Positions 1-9,207 of a stretch of DNA of 64,000 nucleotides are shown piece after piece (position 1 is the stretch's first letter; each line of letters begins with the position of its first letter). A program made the position numbers and the translations under genes. The DNA is taken from positions 248,001-312,000 of IMG/VR virus record IMGVR_UViG_3300048591_000147; one strand, written 5' to 3'. The notes under the pieces were generated by a model, which did not search any database, was not told where the DNA came from, and saw only the letters and a list, made by a program, of their open reading frames with translations.

Positions 1-1320
1 GTAGCATTTATAAAAAGTTATTACGAAAAATACAATTCTATAGTACCTATAGAAATATTACACGCTAAGTACGACGAAACCTTTCTCATCAAAGAGACTG
101 CTAGGGGCGAGTACAAGTTTGCATGTGATACGATAGAACTATTCTGTAAACAGCAAGCGTGCGTAAATGCGGTCATGGATTCAATGCCAGAAGTCGAAAA
201 GGGCAATGTCTCGGTGTTGTATGATAGAGTGATGAAAGCCGTTTCAATCGGTTTGTCTGTTGATCTTGGTTATGACGTTTTTAAAGACTCGGAAAAGATC
301 TTCGATAAACTTATGAATAGCGCGAAACCATATACAACTGGTATCAAAGCGCTGGACGATAGAATAGCCGGTGGAGGATACAGAAAACAACTAACGTTGT
401 TCTCAGCTAACTCTGGTGGTGGTAAATCAGTTGTCCTAACCAATCTAGGCGTCAATTACGCTCTACAAGGGCTCTCAGTGCTTTATCTATCGCTAGAGCT
501 ACCAGAAGATCAGATCTTCCTTAGAGCCGCTTCTATGCTGTCTGGCATAGCAATCAAGACATGGCGCGATAGCATACCACAGTACGTATCATCTTTATTA
601 CGTAATAGGAATGAAGGTGCTGGCGACTTTATGATAAAGCGCATAAAAGGTGATGCTTGTACCAACGACATCAGGTCTTATATCAAACAATATGAATTAG
701 AGTTTGGAAAAGTCCCTGACGTGTTGATCGTAGACTATGTGGATAAAATGTCTCCAAATGGAGGAAAGAAACAGATGTCGATTTCCGAACAAGACAAAGA
801 AAAAACTGAACAACTGGCTGAACTAATATTTGACCTAGACATGATAGGTTTCTCAGCTTCACAGCAGAATAGAGAAGCAATCGGTAATGGTGCACCAACG
901 CAAGGCGTAATTGCTGGTGGTCTTACGAAGGTGAATACGGTTGACAACTACATCTCAATCTTTATGCCTGAAGATATGAAGCTAAAAGGCGAAATGTTAT
1001 TTTTCTTCCTCAAGACAAGATACTCAGATGGTGTCGGTGAACAAGCTCTACTGAAATACAATTCGTCTACGTTGAAGATTACAGACCTTTCTGGGCCAAT
1101 GACATTGAAGTCAACCCTGAAGGATAGAAAGCGCCAAATAGAAGAGTTGATTTTTGATGGACTTGTCAATAATGGTAGTGTAGAATATGCAGAGAATAAT
1201 CCTATAGTGAAAGAGATTCTTTTCGCAGAATCACCAGAAGTGGTGATTGACGAGTCAATCCCGATATTTAAATCTATATTGGATGATGCATTCGGTATTG
1301 AAGATCAGGTTAGTATTTAA
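1..1320 (+). CDS. 41: Replicative DnaB-like helicase (T4 gp41-like), 5'-truncated by the window
   Basis: Frame is open from base 1. Walker A SANSGGGKS, LSLEL, Walker B LIVDYVD, ASQQNR and LKTRY motifs. Confidence 0.92.
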   Translation, partial: VAFIKSYYEKYNSIVPIEILHAKYDETFLIKETARGEYKFACDTIELFCKQQACVNAVMDSMPEVEKGNVSVLYDRVMKAVSIGLSVDLGYDVFKDSEKIFDKLMNSAKPYTTGIKALDDRIAGGGYRKQLTLFSANSGGGKSVVLTNLGVNYALQGLSVLYLSLELPEDQIFLRAASMLSGIAIKTWRDSIPQYVSSLLRNRNEGAGDFMIKRIKGDACTNDIRSYIKQYELEFGKVPDVLIVDYVDKMSPNGGKKQMSISEQDKEKTEQLAELIFDLDMIGFSASQQNREAIGNGAPTQGVIAGGLTKVNTVDNYISIFMPEDMKLKGEMLFFFLKTRYSDGVGEQALLKYNSSTLKITDLSGPMTLKSTLKDRKRQIEELIFDGLVNNGSVEYAENNPIVKEILFAESPEVVIDESIPIFKSILDDAFGIEDQVSI

Positions 1321-1328
1321 GGAGTAAT

Positions 1329-1586
1329 ATGATGTTAGATGTAGAAAAAACAAAGTTCTTGGTGTTAAATGGAAAAAATGTAGCCATTGAAGATTTTCCA
1401 AAAAAGATTCGACAAGAAATTGATCTCTTTGATGACATAAAGACAGATCTGCGAGATGCTGAAAAGCGGGTTAGAATTCTCGTATTAGCGTTAACTGCGC
1501 AAAATTCCAAGGTCGGTCAATTGATTGAACAGTATACGAAATCTTCGGAAGCACCTATATCACCAGCGGCAGAACGAGATGTTTAA
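1329..1586 (+). CDS. Hypothetical protein
   Basis: 85-aa ORF with a GGAG RBS, in operon context. Confidence 0.7.
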   Translation: MMLDVEKTKFLVLNGKNVAIEDFPKKIRQEIDLFDDIKTDLRDAEKRVRILVLALTAQNSKVGQLIEQYTKSSEAPISPAAERDV

Positions 1587-1818
1587 TAGGGACGTTTGCC
1601 TCTCATCGTATAGGTCGTACTGCCAGTTTTATATTAAGCAAAGGGGATACCTTGCTGATATGGCAAATGTGCCCGTCGATGACGTAGAATTAATAAATCA
1701 TTTACATCAAAGATTGCTTACATTTAAGGCATGGTTCGAAACTCATTATGATTATGCTAAGTTTCCTGACGAGTGGAATGACATAGCAGACATAAAATTT
1801 GGTCCAATAAATATCTAA
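1579..1818 (+). CDS. Hypothetical protein
   Basis: Start moved to the ATG at 1579, which overlaps the end of the upstream gene. Confidence 0.6.
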   Translation: MFNRDVCLSSYRSYCQFYIKQRGYLADMANVPVDDVELINHLHQRLLTFKAWFETHYDYAKFPDEWNDIADIKFGPINI

Positions 1819-1833
1819 ACAATTGGACAAATC

Positions 1834-2295
1834 ATGAATAAGAAAAACGTTACAATACAAACGGATCACCCTTTAGAATCATTTCTTGGAATAGAAGACA
1901 ATTCTACGCTAATGACTCATACTGAAAGGCAACAACAAGACCTTGTTGTTTCTGACTTGTATGACGACAAGGACTGCGATATAGAAGAACAAATATCAGA
2001 GATTCAGCGCGAAGCGTTGGATGCACATGATGCTTTACGTGAGAAGATGGACAGCGGCACAGATCCAAAATATCTGGCCCGGTTGGGCGAAGTTGATAAT
2101 CAATATCTTGGCACGGCATTAAGTGCCATAGCCATGAAAGCCAAAATAAAAGCCGAGAAAGACAAGCTGGCCAATAAAAAGAATAATCCTAGTGGTCCGA
2201 ATAAGATTGTAAATAATACGGTCATAATGGATAGAAACGAAATGCTTAAGAATATGATGAATGGAAACACAATAATAGACGGGGATCAATTATAA
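1834..2295 (+). CDS. Putative terminase small subunit (gp16-like)
   Basis: Helical 153-aa protein with C-terminal NNTVIMDRNEMLK resembling the gp16 tail. ATAAATA late promoter at 1807-1813; about 3.7 kb upstream of TerL. Confidence 0.5.
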   Translation: MNKKNVTIQTDHPLESFLGIEDNSTLMTHTERQQQDLVVSDLYDDKDCDIEEQISEIQREALDAHDALREKMDSGTDPKYLARLGEVDNQYLGTALSAIAMKAKIKAEKDKLANKKNNPSGPNKIVNNTVIMDRNEMLKNMMNGNTIIDGDQL

Positions 2296-3980
2296 TGGCT
2301 AAAAATAACGTACTTTCACAGAAAGAATTCATAAAACAATACATGACTGCGGCAAAGATTGGTTTTACCAAGGAACAATTAACAAATTACCTTGGTATCC
2401 AGATCGATAGCTTACGTCGAAGAAAACTATCCGTGAAAAAGGAAACTGGTGTTGAATTACCAGAATTAAAAAGTGGAAAAGACAATGTCATTCCACAGGA
2501 CAAATTGGAAAAATTCTTAGCAGTATTGGAAGTAGCCGAAGATAAGCCACCGATAACCGGGTATAAAAGATATGTCATAACATCTGCGCAAAACGCAACA
2601 CCAGTTCATCAGAAGTTTTTAAACACGCTATTAAGCTATTGTAGAGTTAATAACGCTAGACTATTAGTTATTCCTTACAGATATAAGAATCCAACGTCAG
2701 TATGGACGCAGAATAGCAAGGGTGATGAGTGGTGGGCGCCACAGATAAAAGAATTCATCTGTGATGACGACGTTAGACTTTGTGACTCACTAATAGTTGT
2801 GGGTAAAGTTAAAATGCAACCGACAGCCACAGAGCCATTATTAGGAATGGATAGTTATACACACTTGTGCTCTGCGATATTTGGGCATCCTAAAGTGCAA
2901 CTAAAGACTGTTCCGACACCTAATAAAAAACTACCAAAAATATTAACTACAACTGGTAGCGTAACCGACAAAAACTATACAGACTCTAAAGCAGGATGGA
3001 AGGGCAATTTTCATCACTCTTTTGCAGCGACCGTTATTGAATTGGAAGATGATGGCACGTTCCATCTAAGACAGATAAACGCGGATGATATTGATGGATC
3101 ATTTTATGACCTCAATAGATTTTACAACGGTGCTGCGGTATCAGAATCGACAATATCTGCGCTGGTCACTGGTGACGAGCATGCCATTTTCGCAGATGAT
3201 AAGGTAAAGCACGCGACATACTTAGATGATAACAGTATAGTAAAAATGCTCAAACCTAAGTCCATCGTAAGACATGACTCGACCGACTTCTATTCAAGAT
3301 CGCATCACCACAATTCAAATTTCTTGCTACAGTATGCAAAGCATTTATATGCTAAGGATGCCAATAACAAGAATACGGTTGCTAGAAATAATGTAGAAGC
3401 TGAATTACAGATAACGGCTGATTACATAGACGAAACCACTCCAGCATTTGCGCAAAACATAATTGTTAAGTCGAATCATGATGAGGCATTTGACAGATGG
3501 TTGAGCGAATGTAATCCAAAAGACGATCCTGAAAACGCCATGTTCTACTTTTACATGCGTTATAACCAATACAAATATGTAACGCCAACAGAGACTGGCT
3601 TTACTTCGATAGACCCATTTGAATTTTGGTGTTCGAATCCTGAGTCACAGACTGGATTAAAGTGCGTTGATCAAACTACGTTTCTAAATCGTGACCAAGA
3701 TTATATGATCGAAGGTATCGAAGTTGGTTTCCATGGTGATGTTGGTCCAAATGGTTCACGAGGAAATATAAAACAATTTAGTAAGATCGGTCCTAAAACC
3801 ATCATAGCGCACTCTCATAGTTGCGGTATCTACGAAGGATGTTTCCAAGTAGGTGTTAGCGCTAAATTGAACCTAGAATATAGAAAAGGTCCATCGTCAT
3901 GGTTGCACACTCATTGTATAATTTATCCAAATGGATCTAGAACTTTAATTAATATAATCAACGGGAAATGGAAGATATGA
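2295..3980 (+). CDS. Calcineurin-like metallophosphoesterase with N-terminal HTH-like region
   Basis: GDEH, HDSTD, SNHD, FHGD and AHSH metal-binding motifs in the C-terminal half. Confidence 0.7.
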   Translation: MAKNNVLSQKEFIKQYMTAAKIGFTKEQLTNYLGIQIDSLRRRKLSVKKETGVELPELKSGKDNVIPQDKLEKFLAVLEVAEDKPPITGYKRYVITSAQNATPVHQKFLNTLLSYCRVNNARLLVIPYRYKNPTSVWTQNSKGDEWWAPQIKEFICDDDVRLCDSLIVVGKVKMQPTATEPLLGMDSYTHLCSAIFGHPKVQLKTVPTPNKKLPKILTTTGSVTDKNYTDSKAGWKGNFHHSFAATVIELEDDGTFHLRQINADDIDGSFYDLNRFYNGAAVSESTISALVTGDEHAIFADDKVKHATYLDDNSIVKMLKPKSIVRHDSTDFYSRSHHHNSNFLLQYAKHLYAKDANNKNTVARNNVEAELQITADYIDETTPAFAQNIIVKSNHDEAFDRWLSECNPKDDPENAMFYFYMRYNQYKYVTPTETGFTSIDPFEFWCSNPESQTGLKCVDQTTFLNRDQDYMIEGIEVGFHGDVGPNGSRGNIKQFSKIGPKTIIAHSHSCGIYEGCFQVGVSAKLNLEYRKGPSSWLHTHCIIYPNGSRTLINIINGKWKI

Positions 3981-4639
3981 AAAATGTAAAAATGAAGGTG
4001 ACACACAATACACAAATAGAAACGGTTACATGCCATGAAATGGTGTGCGATCCTAAAGCGGTGTCGGCACAAGTAAGTTTGAGTGATATAAAAAATCTGT
4101 TTCTTGGTCAAACATATGAATTAGAATATGAGTATGACGACCTAGTAACTAAATGTTATAAAGCTAAAATCGTAAAATATCAGATCGATGATGAATTCCC
4201 AAGCAGATCATTCATCAAGTTCATATACGAATCCACCGTGGTGAGTAAGAGTAAGTTTAAGGTTTTGAAAGAAACCGTATCAACGCTATTAAATGGATCT
4301 GAGTCTAGATTAATATGTTTAAATCTTGATAGACATGCGGGCCATACGTCAACGTTATTGTGGCTCTTAAATAAAGATCCAGACGCAATTCTTTTGGTCC
4401 AAACCTTGGATCTTAAAGAACGTGCTAAACGTTTAGCACATGAACTTCAATTATATGACGTAAGGACAAGTAATATCGTAGTGGTGAATGACAAGACCGA
4501 TTTATCTTCATTATTTGAAGGTAGGAAATTTAGTAAGATACTCATAGACGATTTTTCACTGTTTACAAAAACTCGTATAGGACAAATTTTCTATAATACA
4601 AGATATGATGAATCGGTAAGATATGTCTGTTTAGGTTGA
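3968..4639 (+). CDS. Hypothetical protein with degenerate P-loop-like C-terminal domain
   Basis: DRHAGHT (Walker A-like) and ILIDD (Walker B-like). Confidence 0.45.
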   Translation: MEDMKNVKMKVTHNTQIETVTCHEMVCDPKAVSAQVSLSDIKNLFLGQTYELEYEYDDLVTKCYKAKIVKYQIDDEFPSRSFIKFIYESTVVSKSKFKVLKETVSTLLNGSESRLICLNLDRHAGHTSTLLWLLNKDPDAILLVQTLDLKERAKRLAHELQLYDVRTSNIVVVNDKTDLSSLFEGRKFSKILIDDFSLFTKTRIGQIFYNTRYDESVRYVCLG

Positions 4640-4686
4640 TGACACAGCATTTCTGCGGTCATATATAATCTCAAAAGGATTAAGAT

Positions 4687-5670
4687 ATGACCGCAGAAAT
4701 AGATATAGAAGATTATAAATCACAATACAATGAAAGAGAATGGGCGATAGCAAAACCATTGTTAAGTAACGCTTATAGAAGTGTTACTGGTACGTATACA
4801 ATATTAAACAACTACCCATCAGTTAAATTAGATACTGTATTAAGATTGACAAATGCCACGATTAAAAAACTATTATTCTTTACAAATATTGTCGGCATAC
4901 AATCAATGCAGGGTCCAGTTGGCCTTATATATCTTATGGATTATTATTCCAAACCCAATGCCATGCAATTGAAATCAAGCGCGGTCGAGGCTAAATCACG
5001 AAAAATGAGAGCGGGCTGGTATATCGAAGCAGTACAAGATGCTAAAGCTCTTCATGGACAATCAACCGAGGCGGTATTCGAAGACGCACTCGCACAAGAA
5101 ATTATCGTAGAGTATACCGATATGATCTTGGAATCACTAAGAAATGCAGCGTTTAGAACATTAGGCGCTGATATCGCACATATGTCAGTTGAAAATATAA
5201 CACGTAGAATTAAATTAGAGTCTTCGTATATTCAAAACAAAGCAAGCTTTAAGAAAGGTAACTATACAATTTTGTCCAGTAAAAATTTTAAGTTACTATT
5301 TCCAGACGTTGTATTAGCTAAATCTGATATGGGAATTTTGGATAGCGGCATGACCATCGATAATGATGATACGGATATAAAAGTTTATGTGTCGGATTTT
5401 ATGGAAGATGATGTGTTAGTTGGTTTGAATGATTCTAATGGTAATACTGATGTCGGTTTTGTTTTATGTCCATATGTATTATTGCTGTGTAATATTGTAT
5501 GTAAACCTGACACGATGGAGCCGTATATGTCTATTACTACTAGATATCGTATGGAATGTACAAAAGAACGCGCAGAAAGATATTACACGGTATTTCGATT
5601 GGGTGAAAGGGTAGTGGAGCCAATAGTTGAACGATTGTTTGAAAATGATGATATGTATAAATTGATGTAA
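4687..5670 (+). CDS. Major-capsid (gp23/gp24)-like paralog
   Basis: IVGIQSMQGPVGLIY, VEAKSRKMRAGWYIEAVQD, LAQEI and GFVLCPYV...TRY match gp23-family motifs. Confidence 0.8.
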   Translation: MTAEIDIEDYKSQYNEREWAIAKPLLSNAYRSVTGTYTILNNYPSVKLDTVLRLTNATIKKLLFFTNIVGIQSMQGPVGLIYLMDYYSKPNAMQLKSSAVEAKSRKMRAGWYIEAVQDAKALHGQSTEAVFEDALAQEIIVEYTDMILESLRNAAFRTLGADIAHMSVENITRRIKLESSYIQNKASFKKGNYTILSSKNFKLLFPDVVLAKSDMGILDSGMTIDNDDTDIKVYVSDFMEDDVLVGLNDSNGNTDVGFVLCPYVLLLCNIVCKPDTMEPYMSITTRYRMECTKERAERYYTVFRLGERVVEPIVERLFENDDMYKLM

Positions 5671-5715
5671 CAATGTAAGTGGAACACCATTAAAATCCCA
5701 TCATATATAATTTAT

Positions 5716-5976
5716 ATGATGGGATTTTTTATGAAAAAAATAAAACAAGTTGACGACAAATTACAAAAAGAGAAAGCAGAAAAAGAGCGAATTGAGAAGT
5801 TACAGCGAGAGCATGCCGAGAAATTACAAAAAGAATATGCAGCAAAAGTAGCAGCACAAAAGAAATGGCTAGACTCTTTAGAATATCCGCACGAGATACA
5901 TAATCCGGCGTCTTCGCAGGAAGATTTTTTTGTTAGTTACTGGAAAGAAAATAACAACAGGATTATTGAGAGATGA
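5716..5976 (+). CDS. Hypothetical coiled-coil protein
   Basis: 86-aa ORF overlapping the TerL start (ATGA). Confidence 0.55.
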   Translation: MMGFFMKKIKQVDDKLQKEKAEKERIEKLQREHAEKLQKEYAAKVAAQKKWLDSLEYPHEIHNPASSQEDFFVSYWKENNNRIIER

Positions 5977-7535
5977 GTAGGAGAGTTTATGGCATTAAAA
6001 AGGCCAATGAGCCAGTTGCGTATGATGTCGATAAGGCAAGAGAACTTGCCAAGTGTGCTAGAGATCCAATATATTTCATCAAGAATTATGTAAAAACACA
6101 ACACCCTATATTGGGGTTCTTACCATTTAAGCTTTATGATTATCAGGAAGAAATGATAAGAAGTTTTATGACCAATACCAAGCTGATCGTTCGTTCTGGG
6201 CGACAAACTGGTAAGACGGTTACGGTATGTTCATACTTATTATGGTTCGCAATGTTTAATGAGCACAAGACGGTGTTATGTGTCTCTAAGGACGCGGATG
6301 CCGCTAAAGTAATTGTCAATCTTATCCAAAAAATGTATCTGGAAGTGCCAGACTTTTTAAAGTGTGGTGTCGCAGATGATGACTGGAACAAACACACTGC
6401 CAAATTCGACAATGGCTCTATGATAGTTTCATTAGCTACATCAGAAACTGCTGGTCGTGGTCGCTCAATAAGTCTGTTATATGCTGACGAAATAGCATTC
6501 GTTAGACCGGCAATCCAAGAACTATTTTGGACATCAATTCAGCCGACACTATCCACGGGCGGATCATGTATTGTGACTTCTACCCCTAATGGTGATACAG
6601 ATTTATTTTCTAAATTGTGGAGGGGCGCAGAGCTTGGAGCAAATGATTTCAAATATATCTATGTGCCATGGAATTCACCACCCGGTCGTGATGATGAATT
6701 CAAGCGCAAAGAAATAGCAAATATTGGCGAGCGCAAATGGCGTCAGGAGTATGAGTGTGAATTCATTACATCTGAAGGTACATTGGTCGATGATTTGATT
6801 ATTAAGAATTTGAAGAAAATTGTAGAAGACAAAGTACCCGTAATGGAGATTGCTGGCGAAAAGCTATGGGTGAATATAAATCCAAGAAGATCATATATTA
6901 TCGCATGTGACCCCGGTACTGGCACAGGACTGGATAATTCTGCAATTCAAGTAGTCGAATTTCCAACGATGGTCCAAGTATTAGAAAGCGCTACCAATAC
7001 ATTAGATTCTGCGACAGTCTATTCTAAGATTAAGAATATCGCAAGGTACATTACATCGTTCGGTGCGGATGTATTCTTTTGCTTTGAGCAGAACGGTGTT
7101 GGTGAAGGTATTGCCGCGTTATATACGACAGATGAACAGCCAATTGAAGCCGTATTATTAACATCACAGACTGGTAAAGACGGTAAGAAGCGATTAGGAT
7201 ATGTGACTGACATAAGGAACAAAGTGAAATTCTGTTTAAGACTGAAGAAAGTTATTGAGTCAGAGATTCTCAAAATAAACTCAGTAGACTTTTTGGTCGA
7301 ACTTCAGCGCTTCGTTAGAGATGGGCATACATATTCAGCACAGCCGGGTGCCACGGACGATAGAATCATGGCAATGATATTGGTTCTGAGAGCGGTAGAG
7401 CAAATGGCAGAATATGATGAGAACGCATACACGATATGCTATTCATTCCATAACGAACAACAAGAAGACTGGAATGGCTTTCATAATAAACCGGAAGAAG
7501 AAGACGATTTATTACCATTACCAATGTTCGGGTAA
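5973..7535 (+). CDS. 17: Terminase large subunit (gp17-like)
   Basis: GRQTGKT Walker A, LYADEIAF Walker B, TSTPNG, IACDPGTG RNase H motif, DDRIMA. Confidence 0.95.
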   Translation: MSRRVYGIKKANEPVAYDVDKARELAKCARDPIYFIKNYVKTQHPILGFLPFKLYDYQEEMIRSFMTNTKLIVRSGRQTGKTVTVCSYLLWFAMFNEHKTVLCVSKDADAAKVIVNLIQKMYLEVPDFLKCGVADDDWNKHTAKFDNGSMIVSLATSETAGRGRSISLLYADEIAFVRPAIQELFWTSIQPTLSTGGSCIVTSTPNGDTDLFSKLWRGAELGANDFKYIYVPWNSPPGRDDEFKRKEIANIGERKWRQEYECEFITSEGTLVDDLIIKNLKKIVEDKVPVMEIAGEKLWVNINPRRSYIIACDPGTGTGLDNSAIQVVEFPTMVQVLESATNTLDSATVYSKIKNIARYITSFGADVFFCFEQNGVGEGIAALYTTDEQPIEAVLLTSQTGKDGKKRLGYVTDIRNKVKFCLRLKKVIESEILKINSVDFLVELQRFVRDGHTYSAQPGATDDRIMAMILVLRAVEQMAEYDENAYTICYSFHNEQQEDWNGFHNKPEEEDDLLPLPMFG

Positions 7536-7554
7536 GAATTGATAAATATATCTT

Positions 7555-8070
7555 ATGAATGAATTACAGATACAAGAATCCACAATACATCAGCTTAAGT
7601 CTACTGTTAATGTATTTTTCGATAACCAGCGAAATCAAAAGTCGCGACAGGTTACTGTTTCCGATATTAAATATATTGAAATAGTAAACAAGGCAGAACT
7701 GGAGGTTAAGGCGAAAACTAGAACAAATACAAACACATATGACACAACTATAATCTTTACTGGTGTAAAGTTCTTGGAGAAAGATGACAAGCGCTCTAAG
7801 ACGCAAGTGTTCGGTTCTAATGGTATGAATTACTATATGGTCCCAATAAAGAAGAACTTGTCTGAAGTGAGAGTATCTTGTTCTTGTTTGGATTTTTACT
7901 ACATGTTCTCTGTATGGAATCATAAACAGGGATCATTAGATGGTGATGCTCCGAAGCCTTACATTAAGACAACTAACAGACCAGTTCGTAACCCTCAGAA
8001 GGTTGATGGCATGTGCAAACATATAATAAGATTATCTGATGAATGCATTCGAGTTGGAATATTGCGTTGA
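7555..8070 (+). CDS. SWIM zinc-finger protein
   Basis: CSC...CKH pattern; GATAAATA late promoter at 7541-7548. Confidence 0.7.
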   Translation: MNELQIQESTIHQLKSTVNVFFDNQRNQKSRQVTVSDIKYIEIVNKAELEVKAKTRTNTNTYDTTIIFTGVKFLEKDDKRSKTQVFGSNGMNYYMVPIKKNLSEVRVSCSCLDFYYMFSVWNHKQGSLDGDAPKPYIKTTNRPVRNPQKVDGMCKHIIRLSDECIRVGILR

Positions 8071-8115
8071 GAAAATGATAAATAGATGTATGGATGTATT
8101 AAAATACATTCTATA

Positions 8116-8158
8116 TTGAAATTGACACAGTTAAAATTTCAAGTTAATATGAAACTGT
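8116..8158 (+). promoter_or_regulatory. Candidate H-type pseudoknot in the gene 32 leader, overlapping a sigma70-like promoter
   Basis: S1 TTGAAATT 8116-8123 / AATTTCAA 8135-8142; S2 ACAGTT 8127-8132 / AACTGT 8153-8158. Also TTGACA(8122)-17-TAATAT(8145). Confidence 0.5.
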
Positions 8159-8215
8159 AGTAGATTGAATAGATTGATTAATAAACGTTTTTATAGACTG
8201 ATAAAGGAGATTGAT

Positions 8216-9136
8216 ATGTCAAGAAAAACAATAGCTGAATTAAGAGCATACTTAAAGCAGGAAACAGAAAAAAAGACTGGCGACTTCACCCAAAATAGAG
8301 AAATATACCCATTTTGGAATATGCCTGTCGGCTCTGTCGCAAGAATACGAATTCTTCCAGACGCAAATGAAGATAATCCACGCACATTTTATGAATATAA
8401 GTATAATCATAATTTGATCATCAAAGGTAAGAAAAGAAACGTTCAGTGCCTCTCACAGTATGGTGAGAAGTGTCCTATTTGTGAATTGAGTAGAGCGTTT
8501 TACAAGGAACAGGGTAAAGAGTCAAAGGAAGGTAAGTTCTTTTACAGAAAGAAGAGTGCATTAGTTAGCATTCTAGTATTAGACGATCCACTTCCACCCG
8601 ATCCAGAAACTGGTGAAACATATAAAGGTAAGGTGACTAAGACTATTTTAGGAAACCAGCTTTTGACTAAAATGCTTTCGTCCATAACTGACGTACTAGA
8701 ACCGATGGAAAATGATCCTTGGGATTTTGATAAGGGTTATGACTTCTTCATCAAGAAAGGTCAAAGCGGTTCACACGCAACGTATGACGTCGAATCCAAG
8801 TTCGCTACTCGTAGCTCACCGATTCCGGCTGAATACAGAGAGTCGATCCAGTTAGTCGATCTTGCATCATGCTTAGCGCCAAATCCCGGTTTCGAAAAGA
8901 TTGAAGCGCTGTTGAATAACCATTTGCATGGTTCTGATATCGAAGACGAAGCAGGCATAGAAAAGGATAGCGAAGTGGAAACACCAGCACACGTTAATTC
9001 TGCGCCAGCCCAAGCAGCGGCACCAGCGGCAAAGGTTACCAAGCCAGTCGTAGATGCAGAAACACCAGCAGAACCAGCATTGTCTGAGCTAGAATTGATT
9101 GCAAACATCAAGAATAGATTTAAGAAAGCAGGTTGA
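8216..9136 (+). CDS. 32: Single-stranded DNA-binding protein (gp32-like)
   Basis: RIRILPD, CLSQYGEKCPICE, GYDFFIKK and an acidic/Ala-Pro tail. Start at 8216 follows an AAGGAG RBS. Confidence 0.9.
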   Translation: MSRKTIAELRAYLKQETEKKTGDFTQNREIYPFWNMPVGSVARIRILPDANEDNPRTFYEYKYNHNLIIKGKKRNVQCLSQYGEKCPICELSRAFYKEQGKESKEGKFFYRKKSALVSILVLDDPLPPDPETGETYKGKVTKTILGNQLLTKMLSSITDVLEPMENDPWDFDKGYDFFIKKGQSGSHATYDVESKFATRSSPIPAEYRESIQLVDLASCLAPNPGFEKIEALLNNHLHGSDIEDEAGIEKDSEVETPAHVNSAPAQAAAPAAKVTKPVVDAETPAEPALSELELIANIKNRFKKAG

Positions 9137-9151
9137 TTAAACAGTTGGACC

Positions 9152-9190
9152 AAAGGCGCAATAGTTAATGCTTAGCTATTGCGCCTTTTT
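9152..9190 (+). terminator. Rho-independent terminator
   Basis: AAAGGCGCAATAG/CTATTGCGCCTTT stem plus T tract. Confidence 0.85.
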
Positions 9191-9207
9191 CATTAAAGGA
9201 ATTTAAT

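Noticed and set aside
3631-3640. tRNA T-loop-like GTTCGAATCC
   Set aside because: It lies inside a long CDS with no cloverleaf around it. No tRNA gene was found in the window; the T-arm at 62651 belongs to the tmRNA.
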